Source of the DNA: Octopus sinensis
Taxonomy: Eukaryota
Length of the DNA stretch: 64,000 nucleotides
Assembly: GCF_006345805.1 (NCBI RefSeq)
Contig: NC_043017.1
Span: 23,808,001 to 23,872,000, forward strand
Direction: 5' to 3'
The notes under the pieces were generated by a model. It had not been told where the DNA came from. It saw nothing but the letters and a program-made list of their open reading frames with translations, and did not search any database. Below are positions 13,678 to 27,300 of the stretch, in pieces. Each line of letters opens with the position of its first letter. The stretch's first letter is position 1. The position numbers were made by a program, and so were the translations under genes.

Positions 13678-14087
13678 TGCTTTAGCATTCCAATTACTTT
13701 TTCAAATGCAATGTTTATTTATTCACATTGCTTTGAATTAACTCTTTCGTTACCAACTCTGGCTCTTTAGTATAAATGTCTTGCTTTCATAAGTTTTGAA
13801 TTAAAATCTTCCATCAAATCTTAGTTAAAATTTATGTTCCTAACACTAGCTTAATGATAACGGAGTTAATTTACTAAATTCTTTGTTATAGTTAAAATAA
13901 TTGAAAGAAACACAGAGCATCTCAAAATAAATATAGTAATGAAAGGGTTAATTAAACATTACCTTGTAGCTTTGAGATTTCAATGATGTGAGTGTTTAGT
14001 TTTAGCAGGACATTTTACTGTATGTGCAAGAGACCAGATTCAGCCAGTTTGAGCATTAAACAAGCAGAATATTTAAATGCAAAAGAG
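13678..14087. mobile_element. Nested piggyBac-type MITEs (inner element 13742-13947 in a TTAA of the outer)
   Basis: Inner element flanked by TTAA/TTAA and similar to 5616-5838; outer halves match the 14485-14701 family. Confidence 0.75.
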
Positions 14088-14484
14088 TTTAAATATTTCT
14101 AAAACTTTACCAGGTTACCAAAGGATTATGGGCTAGCATTGGTTACCTTTCATATCCAACCAAATACTCTACCTAGAAACTAAGATGCATCCTGTTACTT
14201 GTATGATTCAGAAGCATCAGCTCTGACCGTTTAATCCTGGTGCTCAATGTTTCAAGTTGGATCTTGTGTATCATGATCTCTCCTCTGAGAGGATGGTTCA
14301 TGTAGGTCAGTCACATGATCCTGGCAGAAGAGGAGGTATTTCACAGAGGTGGAGACTGATTGTAACATAGTTTGGAGGGTTGCTCTGGATGACCCAAGCA
14401 AATACTGACAAATGGATGATGCAGCAATGCTCTACAATACAACATGCTCCCATACTTGATCTGATCTGACCTTACCAGGTTTAA

Positions 14485-14701
14485 CCCTTTAGCATTTAAA
14501 CCGGCCATATCCGGCCAAAAGTATTCTGCCTGTTTTATGTTCAAACTGGCTAGATCTGGTCTCTCACACCAACCCTACAATATCGTTTTAAAAATTAACA
14601 GCTACCTTATCAAAATCTCATAGCTACAAGATAATGCATGATTTGTTCAAAACAGTGTGGATGGAAAAGCATTTTGGCAGAATAATGCGAACACTAAAGG
14701 G
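14485..14701. mobile_element. piggyBac-type MITE (TTAA-flanked, CCCTTTAG...CTAAAGGG)
   Basis: TTAA on both sides and short TIRs. Relatives at about 4473-4680, 13678-14087, 26950-27140, 27657-27883 and 50475-50688. Confidence 0.85.
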
Positions 14702-15787
14702 TTAAGAAATCTTTGTGTAATTCTTTTGGTTCAAGTATTGGGTCATCCTATAAATGTGTTGTTTTTTTTTCAATTGTATGAACTAAAAGTCGGAGGGGGA
14801 TGGGATAAACTACCTGCATCAACTTGCTATAAAACCAGGTAGTAATTTTACCTTGCTGTTATTTTTAGTGCAAGTCTTGAAGAATGCAGTTCGATTTTAA
14901 CAGTTATTTCTTTTCAAAATTATAATGGAAGTGACAGAGGTTTTCATATTCCACTAATTCCCTCTCCCTCTTTATGTGTGTAAGCCACATCACTCTTATG
15001 TATCTGAGGAGAGGGAAAGCATTTATCTCCATGTTCAATTAAGAAACTCTCTGTTTATTTGAGGAGAGGGGAAATCCAATTCACCCTTCAACAGTGAAAT
15101 TATATTTCACAGTTATTCTAGTAATGATGTTAAATATCTTCCCCAAAAAAATAGAATTGGCATTTTCTGCAAGTCACATTTTCTCAATAAACTGGACATA
15201 TCTAAACAGAAAAATAAATTCAAACATGACAGTCCACAGTTAAATATAATGAAATTTTGAGTGGATATATCTGATTTTTGCAATAAATAGTTAATAAAGT
15301 GCTGGCTTCAAATTCCATTGAGAATCTTTAGAAATACACTTAAAAATGAAAACAACATACTGCTAATACACAGTAGGATACAGTACTCACTTAAAACCTG
15401 GCAAAACCAAGTATAGTGTCCCTACCAGCAATTAATATGTGTGCGCTCGTTTTTGAACTGGCTCTAGATTCTATAGAAAATCTGTGGAGATATACTGAAA
15501 AAAATGTAAACAATGCACTGTTAACACAAGTAGGGCATGGTATTAGCTTATATATTTTGTAGTATAAAATGATTTTAAAATTAGATATGGTGTCTCTACA
15601 AGCAATTAAAAATTAGTACGCAATGTTTGTTTTTGCTCTTCCTATCTGTATGTATATATTTCTATGCCTGCATCTGTACATTTGCCTCCAGTACCAAAAA
15701 GTACTCTCATCGAAAGAAGCTGAATGTCCAATTAGCCATATGAAATTATCAGCATCCAAACACCAGCACCTAATCATCTTCCAGAAG

Positions 15788-15992
15788 TAGAAGACTCCTC
15801 TGACTAACACCACCAAAAAAGCCATATTTAGTACCTTTTTGAAAGAAACTCCCAGGTGAAAATTGTTTTTTTTTTCATAAATGAAAGTAAAAACTTATTT
15901 CACCCCCAATAGAGAGTAGAAGACTCCTCTAATTACCACCTCAAAAAAAAAATGTTTAGTACATTTTTGAAAGAGACTACCTGGTGAAATTT
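15788..15992. repeat. Direct duplication of about 77 bp with period about 128 bp
   Basis: gtagaagactcctct...tttagtac..tttttgaaaga.act.cc.ggtgaaa occurs at 15788 and 15916. Confidence 0.8.
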
Positions 15993-16006
15993 TATAAATA
16001 TATATA

Positions 16007-17407
16007 TCACCTTGACCGACCAGTCCGTCGCGCGTCCATTTGACACCGCTCGTCACAGCACGCTGTCCACTCCTCTCTGGATCGTGCCTTTCTCATCCAC
16101 GTGATCCCAACCGTCCTGGAGGCCTTCTGGGTGGTCGTTTCCGCTCGCGTGGGTCCACCAATTATCGGTGAGCCGGGCGACGTGTCCAGCCTATCTAAAC
16201 TTGCGTGTATACTCTGCGATGACATCCCTCACGCCGGACTTCTTTCTGATGATCTCGCTACTGATGTGCTCTCTCAACAACATACCAAACATTGACCTTT
16301 CCATGGCTCTTTGAGCCATTACCAGTCTCTGCTCCTCTCTCTTTGTGGTAGCCCATGTTTCACTACCATATAACATTGCAGGTAGAACTGTATTGCTGAT
16401 GAGGTTGGCGTGGGTGGTCCTGTCCAACCTTCCCTTGAGCACATCCCTTATGCCATTAAACGCCTTCCATCTGACCCTTACTCGCCGTGAGATCTCCTTT
16501 TCGATATCTTGGCACATATTCACTTCCTGTCCCAGGTAGACACATTCCTTTACCTCCTCTATTTCATCACTGCTGATCACCATTCAACCTGTTGGTATGT
16601 TGTCTGACCGCATGAACTTCATTTTCATGTTCATCTTGACATGCAGTGAAAAGTTTTGGGGAGATCGTATCTCCTTGCTTCACTCCCTTTTCGACCAGCA
16701 CTCATACGGGTGATGACAGCAGAGCTATGTCAGTGGTGCGTCTGGAATTTGCCTCCCTGAGCAGTTGCATATATTGCGCCTCGACTCCTTGCCTCTGCAG
16801 CAAGTTCAGCACTGTGTTGGTTTCGACGCTATCGAAGGCCTTCTCATAGTCTACAAACGCAATGCAAAGAGGCAACTTGTACTCATTCGCTCACTCAAGC
16901 AGTTGTGTTAGAGTAAATATATGGTCCAACATGCTGTAGTTCTTCCGGAAGCCAGTTTGTTCCCTCGGTTGTTGTTCGTCGAGATGACGTGATAACCTGT
17001 TCAGAATTATCTTTGTGAACAGCTTGTACATGTGAGACAACAGGCATATGGGTTGGTAGTTCTTTAGACCTTCTCTATCGCCCTTCATATATAGCAGGAT
17101 GGTATTTTACTCTTTCCATTGCAAGGGAATTCTTCACTCGTCTAGATATTGTGTAAATCGCACGAGGATTTTCCAGAGCTGCTATCTGCCTGACTTTAGC
17201 ACCTCCAATGTTATACTGTTTTTCCCTGGCGCCTTTCCGTTCTTCAAGCCGATGACTCTTTCAACCTCACTGATAAGGATAGGTGGCACATTTTCTTCCT
17301 GTTGGAGTGGTGGTAACGGCTGGACATTTCTGGTAGACTTAAAGAGCTTGGTGTAGACGTCTTTGCAAACTTTTTCCATCTCGCTCTTATCGTTGACCGG
17401 TATTCCA

Positions 17408-17410
<3 letters not shown>
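16007..17410 (-). mobile_element. RTE-clade LINE, truncated and decayed reverse transcriptase
   Basis: KNGKAPGK, LKNYQPICLLSHMYKLFT, QPREQTGFRK, DYEKAFDSV, QGDTISPKLF, YLGQEVN, LPAMLYGSETW. Frameshifts, and the YADD region is deleted. Flanked by (TA)n. Confidence 0.92.
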
Positions 17411-17453
<43 letters not shown>

Positions 17454-17807
17454 GTGTAAAAGGAAAAACTCATTTAACCCCGATGTAATGGGGGTAGCGC
17501 ATGCATTAACAAATACAAAAGAAAAATCTAAAACCAACTTACAGAGAAATGAAAATCTGTTAATACCCTCTTGAAACATCCAAATGTAAATCTAGAAACT
17601 GTAAAAGACACCTCTTTCAGTTAGCAATTCAAATAATAATAATAATAATAAAGATAACAAATGTAAATTTCATTTTTTTTTTTATTATTCTTAAGAATTT
17701 TGTTTGAAATGATATAGTAGTAAAGAGGGAACTGCTACTCTTTGAATTTTGATCAATCATCAAAATAACATTTCTATAACGTTTATGATTCCACAGTATA
17801 TGGTTTT

Positions 17808-17852
<45 letters not shown>

Positions 17853-19000
17853 CTATTTATGGATGTATATTATATCACCCTGTTATAAGGAATTCTTTGA
17901 TGTATTTTCTATTTTTTTGCTTATCTTTCATTTACTTTGAGATATATATATATATATATATATATATCATAGATGTATATACATGTGTGTTTTAATACAT
18001 GCTTACTTTTCATTTTGTGAATGTATATATTGTATGTGTGTGTTTGTAAGTATATAAGAATTCAGTTGTGTGAATTTGATCTTTTTAGGGATTTTTCACA
18101 TCTCTTTATCATTCCTTATATTTATCAAGGAAAATAGTGTTTCTTTCCAATAACATTTCAAGACTTCACTGATCTCATCAACAGTTAAGTCCTGATAGAT
18201 TTTATAACTTATCTGTTTATGTGTATTGATTTTGGGTTTGAATTTTGCTATTAGTAGTTTCCATAGTTATTCTGCTCATTTCTTTTTTATAAAACTGTTG
18301 TGCTGTGAACTAATGTCTTTTATGCATAATTTTGTTTCATGGACTTCATATAATGAGATGTTTACCTATCTGTCTTTCTATCTCTACATCTTTCCTGCCT
18401 CTGTCACCTCATCTGACAATATGATTATATTAAAACCTAAACCAGCAATAAAATTCATATTTTTTGATATCTCATCACTAATATCTCTCACACTGCTCAA
18501 TAGATACAGATATGTATATACCACATTTAACTGCAAAGACACCGTATTCACAGTAAACACACATGCATTAATATGCATATGTGTATACAACAATGAAGTA
18601 GTTAATTGGTCAATACTATATAATTTTAGCAGGAGGATATATATTTTGGCCTTAATCTAAATTTAGGTTTTAGAAGAGAACATGTGAGTTGATGGATCAT
18701 GAATTAAATCTCGTGGAGCCTCATTCAAATTCATTGCAGTCAGAACAATGCATATCATGTCATGTCATACTTTTTATTTAGAATTCTGCATAATTTACCC
18801 ATCACTGTCATCTCACATATAAATCCAAATGTTATTTCTTTATATGATCAAAATATTGTATGCCTGATAGATTTTAATCAATATGTAATACTGATTTAGT
18901 GTTAAAACATTTCTCTTAACCATCAATTTCTCCATGACATTAAAGTTAGAATTGCTGATTTGCTTCAAGTAAATCCAATAATGAAAATGTGAAAAATGAG

Positions 19001-19038
<38 letters not shown>

Positions 19039-21160
19039 CACACACATACATATATACATATTCTATTCCCTGAGTTGCTTATTTCCTTCTTAAAAGCTAA
19101 GGGGTTGTAATCTATAGTTATTATTTTGCAGCTGAAGATTCTGAAGAAAAAAATAACTTTTAGACATTGCAATTGACTGAGATAGCTTGTCCTCTGTAGC
19201 TATCTGGTAACTCATATCTTAATTAATTTTCCATAAAACAAATGTTATGCATAAAACATATTTATATATAATCAGAAGACTGGTGTATGTAGTCAAAGTA
19301 AAGTATTAGCTTGCTGAAGAATATATTTTAGGTAACAGATATTTTTGAAAGTAAAATGTCTTTCAATATGGTTGTATTTTAATTAAGTTACACTCATTTC
19401 TCCAATATTGAGATAGATATGTCAGATAAATATGCAACTCCATGCATTTACATAAGTTGATGAAAGAAATTAGGGAGGAGTTCTCTTCATAATAATAATC
19501 ACAGGAATAGTAAAACTGATTAAATTTGTTTTCTATATACATTCATAGAGATAAAAGAGGTATCTTGCTCAGTACACAAAGACACATTCTAAATCATGTG
19601 GCAATGTTTAAACTGAAGATTCATGGTTCAAAAGTTCATATCTCAGCCATTCAATCCTCACATTTCTTTGCTGTTTCCAGTTATAAATAAAATACCAGTG
19701 TTATTGGACATGTATCACAAACAGCAGTTTGGCCAAACAACTGGTATACTAGCTATGGTCAGTTTTCAACAATCAATATTAATGTCATCAATGCACACAC
19801 CATTGAACACATAAAAGTATACCAGTTATGTTTACAATCTCATCAAATAATTTTACTAAGAACTACAAAACCAACATTAGTTAGTACACACACACACACT
19901 CCTGTACATATATGCATACACACATTGTATGTTAAGTATCTATGTTGAAGAGTTGCAATGGCTGAGGAGGTAACATGTGACTCTCTTGGCCGAAGAGTTG
20001 TGAGTTCATATCCCACTGCTGGCATTGTGCTGTGCACTGGGCAAGGCACTAAAATTCATCATGTTTATCTGAGAAAAGGGCAGATAAAAAATAAATGTCA
20101 AATCATCCTACTTACTTGTTACTGATGAGTAATAGTTTTGTCCTTTCAGTGCTGGGACCTAATCCTTTAAAACAACAACGAATGATGGACTATATTTTCA
20201 CAAACATATGAAAATACAGATTTCTGTGCAACCTGGAATTTTTTTTTAATTTTCCATAAATCAAATATATTATGCATAGAATATTTTTATTTTTATAGTT
20301 GAATATATCACAACACAGTAGCAACAGAGTGAACACATTCTATATACAGCTAGTAAACTGGGGTGTTAACATGATGGAAACACCAAGGCCAAAAATGCCC
20401 AACACAAAAAAAAAAAAAACAAGGATGACAGCCAAACTCTCAAAATGACATGACCTTGTGATTGACAACAAGAATACTGTCAGTGCTTGTGCACCATCAG
20501 AAGGATGTTCAAAACAATGATGATGAAGATTATAACTTTGTAATAAAAATACTGCTTCATGACTGTGTTGATTCTTTTTCCCCCCCATCCTAAAATAGGT
20601 TTTGAATGGTTCTGTAAATCACGTATTTACAAAAAAATTCGGAAATTGTCTGAACCTTTACTGTTTTGCAAGTTTGTTTGTTTTTTTTTTGTTTTTTTTT
20701 CATAACACCTAAGTTTATAAAATAAATGCTAATAGTATACAGGGATCACAAATTAATTGGCTGCATCCTTCCTCTACAAAATATTTGCCTTGTAATGATT
20801 AAAGATGCCCACCTACTACAGTAAAAACAGGGAAATACAAGACAATACATTTAAAACTGGTGAAAAGGCACTTCTAATTGTAAGTATGGTTGTTCAGAAG
20901 GCACATGATATCTATCAAATTGTATCCTTCATTGCATAGTAAACACAATCGACACAAATATTCTCATGATTTATTTTAGGTGCCCCATGTTGAGTAAAAG
21001 GGTTCCACTTATGTTTTGAACATCTCATGTTCAATGTCAAGTTTTTGAAATTACTAGCTTATATATAACACTATCAGTGACAAGATTTCTTGAGGATATT
21101 TTGTAAGCCAAATCATTGATAGAAGCTTTACCTCTAATGGATGTACACATTGACTAGAGC

Positions 21161-21313
21161 CAGGTGCAGTCCCAGGAATTTTTCGAAGGGAGGGCACAAG
21201 GTCAGAAGGAAATACAATTCCAGGAGAAAAGGGCGTAATAACATTATTTAGAAGAGCACACTTCTTTTCTTGAGGGGGAGGGCACATGCCTCTCAGCCCC
21301 CGGTCCACTCCTG
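21161..21313. mobile_element. Small GC-rich MITE with 5-bp TSD
   Basis: CAGG...CCTG termini flanked by AGAGC/AGAGC. Confidence 0.6.
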
Positions 21314-22057
21314 AGAGCTAACATCCAGTTCCTTGACCAGTAGTATGTCCTCTGTTTTGGGGGCAGGATTTTTTAAGTTTATATATTTTCTATTTTTAAA
21401 AATGATAATTCATAAATGATGATAACTCATACTAGACAAATATTTCAAATTTTGACTAAAGAATGAAATGAAACTTTAGTCTGAAGATTAACCTCTTTGC
21501 TTACTCATTGCACATAAGAATATGCAAGAAAAATATTTCTTGGTTTTTATCAAGATTTTATCTCCAGATATTTAACAATCCTAATAACATTTTTCATTCC
21601 AAAATTGGAGAATACAACATCTGCCAGATCTGACAGATTTTTGATATGGTACACCCAGTCTTGTTTCATCTATACCTTTATGACACATCTCAATGTCATA
21701 TTGTTAGTTTTACTGGTGTATATTTAGTTGTTTTTATTTTTTTAAATATTTTTATTACTAGATTCAACTAATTCTTAAATTTTCTACAATTCAAAATGTC
21801 CAAACCAGAAGTTGGGTGGAGCTCTACTAAAAAATTTTTTGAAAGTTTTGGTTGAAATCAATGTATAACATTGCTGGTTTCTTTTATAAAATCCATGCCA
21901 CAAATTTACAGGCCAGGAGAAAATGGTAATTTGCGATGTTAATGATTTTTCCCATTGATTATAATTGAGAATAAATTTGATCATAGATCTGAATTACTGG
22001 AATTTTCTAGTCTTGAAATTTTTTTAACAGAGGTGACAAATTTTGGTGTAATTTAAT

Positions 22058-22117
22058 ATCCTTAAATCCTTAAAAATGTTTTAGCCCGAAGGCCGCGGCC
22101 ATACTGGGGCACCACTG
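22058..22117 (-). mobile_element. Retroposon (LINE/SINE) 3' tail fragment directly after U6atac
   Basis: GTGGTGCCCCAGTATGGCCGCGGCCTTCGGGCTAAAACA followed by TTTAAGGA repeats. Aligns with the 3' ends of the SINEs at about 63140 and 43925 (GGTGCTCCAGTATGGCCGCAGTC...GACTGAAACA). Confidence 0.75.
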
Positions 22118-22120
22118 CTG

Positions 22121-22248
22121 AAAAATAGGTTGCTCTAAAGTAGAGAGCAATGCCCATATGTGTTAGAAAGATCGACTGATCTCTTCCGTCCTTGTCAAGG
22201 GGAGTGCTAACCGTCTCTCCTTTTTTACATTTTTTTTTACAAGTCATC
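22121..22248 (-). ncRNA. RNU6ATAC: U6atac snRNA (minor spliceosome) gene or retrocopy
   Basis: Minus strand reads AAGGAGAGACGGTTAGCACTCCCCTTGACAAGGACGGAAGAG, nearly identical to the vertebrate U6atac 5' domain (AAGGAGA box, AGC triad, ISL). It is followed by a GATC-AGTC-GATC hairpin, the 3' stem-loop TTGCTCT-CTACTTT-AGAGCAA and a T5 end. The exact 5' end is uncertain (22229-22248). Confidence 0.92.
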
Positions 22249-22272
22249 AAACCAGGAGTTCAGGAGTATAAG

Positions 22273-22310
22273 TTATAAATACTAACAAAAAAATTTCCTG
22301 AGGGGGAGAG
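22273..22310 (-). promoter_or_regulatory. Putative type-3 Pol III promoter (TATA box plus PSE-like element) of U6atac
   Basis: TTTATAA at 22279-22273, i.e. -31 to -25 from G22248. CTCTCCCCCTCAGGAAAT at about -61 to -44 loosely resembles a PSE. Confidence 0.4.
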
Positions 22311-23421
22311 GATAGATGTTCAATCCACACTTGATGAAAATTCATTAGATAATTAATTACATTTTTCTGATTCTCTTCAAAACAAATTCAATCACAAATC
22401 AAGCATATATACTGGCACATGAGCTAAAATATAACCCAGAGGAAGTTTAGCTTTACGTACTATTTAGCCAGTGTACTGTGTCATGATGGAGGGATAAAAG
22501 AGAAAAAATTTTTTTAAATGGTTTACATACTTTCAAACCTTCAGTTTAACAGCAATTTGAGAAAATCAAAAGATCTCTGGTAACACTAAGAACAATTGAA
22601 AAAGTAATTCATGTTAAAAAAGTATTCCATGAAAATAAATAATAGCAATATTTTCATAAATAAATAGGTATAAAGCCTGAGATTTTTAAGAGAGGGAAAA
22701 TGGGAGGAGTAACGGTCATGCAGATAAATGCACAACCAAAGTCTTACACATATTCACAACATAAAGAAATATCACTACTAGGCACTGCACGCATATTATA
22801 TTAGAATAGTGTCAGTACAAGAGAAAATACAAAACCAAAGCAAAACACTGCCCCAGGCCAAGGAATACAGTGTTGTGCTCAGTAGTGCAGTAAAAGCACG
22901 CAATAAAAATAAGACTACTATAATAATAATGATGATAATAATAATAATAATAATAATAATGGAAGTTTAAAAAATACATTATAAAGATAACCAGGTGAGA
23001 TCATTTCCAGCAGATATTGCCTTCAACATTAATAAACACCCTCCTGTATAATAAGAGGTTTATAATCTGCTTTGCTAATTGCAAAGATTGATCCTTCGGA
23101 TTTGTCCTCAGATAAGCAACAAATTCAGATTTCTGGTGCCACTGATTTAAAAAGATTTTCCTTTTCAATTAATTTTAGTCTTATTTATTAATTTTTTTCT
23201 TTTTGTATTTTTGTTGGTGGTTTTTTTTTTTAGTTTATTTTTCTTTCTGTTTCAATATTCTTATTTTATACTTGCCCTTTTGGAAGTAATTTTCTGTGGT
23301 TCCACAATGAAATTGTGCCTTCTCGACATCATCGAAATAAAGTAAAATCTATTTTGATTCTACATATATATATATATGTGTGTTTATATATATATATATG
23401 TGTGTGTGTCTATATATATAC

Positions 23422-23467
<46 letters not shown>

Positions 23468-23592
23468 ATAAATATTCATATATATAAATATTCACACATT
23501 TATATATATATAAATATTCACACATTTATATATATATATAATATTCATATATATATATAATATATATATATATATGCATATGTATATATGTT

Positions 23593-24317
23593 CTACACAT
23601 TTGTCATTTCAGTTACAATAGATTTCTTTTCATTGTCTTCATCTGCAAATGGAAAATTTGTTAATCCTAAAGGCAGTGGTTTTGTGAGGTTAGTGCTGCT
23701 GGACTCAGCTGCTGCTCTTTGAGGTCTGTCTGATTGGCCTCTGTTTCTTAAAATGTCAACATTGGAATTAACTGGACAATTTAGTTTTGTAGAATTTGGC
23801 TCAAATATGACGCTGATTTGTGGACTTTCACTGCTTTTTCTATTAGCTTCTTTACTCTTCCTTGGTGCCACCTGTGGAGAAATTTCATGGTGTGTGTCTT
23901 CCAGATGGGTAGGTGCCTCAAGCTGCAACACCTTTTTTTTTACAGATGAATCTTCTAAATTATCTGAAAATTCTGTATCTGTCAGGTCTGCCAATGCCTT
24001 TGAACTAATTGTGAGTCGTGGAGAGCTAGGAATATGAGGATTATCATCAGTACACTCACTTATTTGGGAGTCTGGGTTGTAATCAATACTGTCTCTTGGG
24101 CAATCTCTGATAATCTTCACCTCAGGAACAGTTACTTGTTCCAAGACACTGTTCATTGATTTATTGGTAAGTTCACACAAGAGATGTAAAGCTGATCGCA
24201 CCTCATGATGAACTCTGTTCATTTCTTCTGTTAGACAGATTATCTGTTCTTTCATTTGACACTTTTCTACTGAACTGTTTTCAAGATTTTTCTGACTGTC
24301 TTCTTTTTGAGTTTTAA
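23593..24317 (-). CDS. Elk: KCNH/Elk terminal coding exon with predicted tetramerising coiled coil ([27 protein letters not shown]) and Ser/Pro-rich tail
   Basis: Longest non-repeat ORF in the window; acceptor tttttcttccag in phase 1; TAG at 23593-23595. Confidence 0.85.
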
Positions 24318-27300
24318 CTGGAAGAAAAATAATGAAGACATGTAGTTTATCAAAGAACTCTCCAAGAATACAGCACACACACACACACACACAGATATAG
24401 CACATATATGTTGAGTCAGATGGAAGATAACATAGTAGTAGAATTGAGAAAGTAATGAAAGTTAAGAAGCAATTCTGGAAGGAAAGGAAAAATTAGGGAT
24501 CAAAGAACTATAACAGGTAGTGAAAAGAAAAGCCAAACATTGGACTTTTTTTTAGTCAAGAGAGACACAGTTTCCAAATGTTCTGTGACATGAGGATCAG
24601 AAGTGTGAAGTGTTCTGCATTGCAAAGTAATGTATCAGAATGAATCAGAGATTCATTAGTAAGAAACCTGCATGTAAAAGTTAACACCACATTCACCTTC
24701 ACTGACTCCAAGAAGAATTAAACATGGGAATGCTGTCACAGACAGTGGGACTACCCAAATAGACCCAACAAGGGAACAGTTACTAAGATTGATAGATCTA
24801 TAGTTGGAGTGGATATCTTTATATATAAAAGTAAGGTTGTGTGTCTGTCTCCTACGATTTAGATTCCTAACTACTCCCACATTTTGCGGTGCAGTTTAAC
24901 CAAAACCGGGTATCTTATAGTCGTGATTAATATCGAGCCCTTCTGGGTATTAGCGCATGTCTACGATGAGTCTACAATTTAAAAAATAATTTACCATCAT
25001 TTTTTTCCATTTTAATGCATTTTTTTCGCTATTATATAAGGGAAGTAACTCTCTAAAAATGTCTACGATGAGTCAACGATTTAAAAAAAATTTACCATCA
25101 TTTTTTTTCCATTTTTAATGCATTTTTTTGCTATTTTTTGGCTATAACTCTCTAAAAATGCTTTATAGTTATTTCCCTTATAAACCCGAGCAACGCCGGG
25201 TGATACTGCTAGTTATGGATATGAAAGAGGGAAAACAGCTTGACCATCAAGCATAGCTACTGAGATGACAAAATCTTCTTAGAAGAAAAAGTAGTGGGAG
25301 GAGAAGAAATGTGTACAAGGGCAAGTGAGATTTTTAAAAGAAGCAACTGCAGAGGCCTCGAACTGATAGGCCAAGTTATGAAAGAGATAATGTTGTAACA
25401 CAACTAATTAGGAAGATAATTAGCTTAGATGAGATATACTTCAAGTTCATACTAAGATGGGGTACCACTAATACCCCCCTTTCAAGTGAGAAAACCACAG
25501 GAGAAGTTCTTAACAGAGATCAAGCCACAAAGTCTAGTACTTCTTGATCTAGAGCAGGTGTCACTAAGAAAACTCGGAGTGGCTTGTAGGAACTACATAA
25601 GTCATGTATCCAAGCAAGATAATATTTCTCTTCATCATTCCTTGGCAAATAGCACAATGGCTAAACTTTTTCCATGGAAGATTGCAAACAAAGAACACAG
25701 CTTGTATGAAGGTGAAGTTATTTACATTTAGCACATGATGTCAAGACAAAGAAACATGAACACACACACACACACACACACATAGTTCATAGACTTCAAT
25801 TTTACAGAATTTCTTTGCTGAATGCTAACATTCTTGGACTAAATCTAAGCTCTCCCTGAACATGTTTTTCATTGTCTACATTTACCAGATATCAATGTTT
25901 GCACTTTGCTAAGAAAAAAAAAACATAGCAAAATTACAAAACGAATCAAAAGATGAAATCAAATCAAGACTTACGTTTTTTCATTTCTTGTATTTTTCTC
26001 CTTAATGTATTCTGTATATTCTTACGTTTTGTGATTTTTTCCACGACATTTTGGAAGTTTACTTTTCCTTTTATGTGTGCATTATTTCCAATTTCCATGT
26101 CCTCCCTGCAGAATAAAATAAACTTAATTCAATAGACTGAGATCAACTGATAAAAAGAAAAAGAATCAAAGATAACAAAATTGCTGCACATGATTTTTGT
26201 TTTCAACGATTATATATGTTGTGTGTTCAGCTTCTCAAAAAGAGAATTGACGATAAATGTTGGAAAGATACAGCTGGAAAGTGGGCTCAGAAATTTCATT
26301 AATGACACCCAAATAATAACAACATTGTGCAGAAAATTTGGGTGGGGGTCAGTAAGTGTTATTTCCTATTTGCTTCTATCTAGAAATCAAAGGAAATGAC
26401 TACTATCCCCTTCAAACTTTGTTTTTTGTGACCTGGCCATCAATGTTTTGAAACTGACCGATTTTCCATTACATTTCAGACAGATTCAGTGCTGAGATGC
26501 TGTAGCAGAAATATCATTATAGCAAATATTCTTCTCAATGTTCCTTAGTGGCTGACAATATGTGCATCTCTGATCATGAGCAGGAGAAGTGAGGAAGTAT
26601 CATAGCCATATGTTGAAAGGGATTCTTAGGGGTGTGAATAAATGTAACAAAAGCAAAGTTTGAAGGAAATATTAGCCATTTTTCATATTTTTAAGGGATA
26701 CGTAAATAAGAAATAACAGTTGCCGCCCAAAGACAAAAATCGTGTTACGCAATGTTATCTTTGAGAAACAAGAGACTTGATAGAGTGATATTTAATGTAA
26801 AATAAATCACTGAGATAAATTTCACACAGATACCATCCATGGTAAGGTTAGTAATAATGCATGTCAAACACTGAGCATTAAAAAAATCTAATTAGAAAAA
26901 AACTAATAGATGAAGGAAAGACAACTTAAGTTTAATGGCTAAGATTATTTTAATGCTTTAACATTCAAATGGGCCATATATGACCAAAATATTTAAACTT
27001 TTTATGTTGAAACTTACCAGATCTGACCTCTCACATTAACCCTACAATGCCATTCTAAAACTAAACAAGTGAATCATAGAAATCCTGAAGCTATGAGACA
27101 ATGCATGATTAATTCAAAACAATGTGAATAAATAAGCATCACCTTATTAACTGTATATATATGACTGAGAAGTGACAAAATCAAAGTTGCAGTTTATATA
27201 ATTTGTTCCCAAATGATATTAACTGCACCTTGTGTTTATCATAATTTCTCCTATATTCACTTTGCAAGTCATGACCAGTAATACTGCTATGTAAAGCAGT

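Noticed and set aside
15440-15500. Tc1 transposase motif (SIENLW)
   Set aside because: Only a few codons match and there is no supporting flanking homology.
19960-20050. tRNA gene candidates (also about 7465-7530 and 30750-30800)
   Set aside because: They have A/B boxes but no full cloverleaf and continue into SINE bodies, so they are SINE heads.
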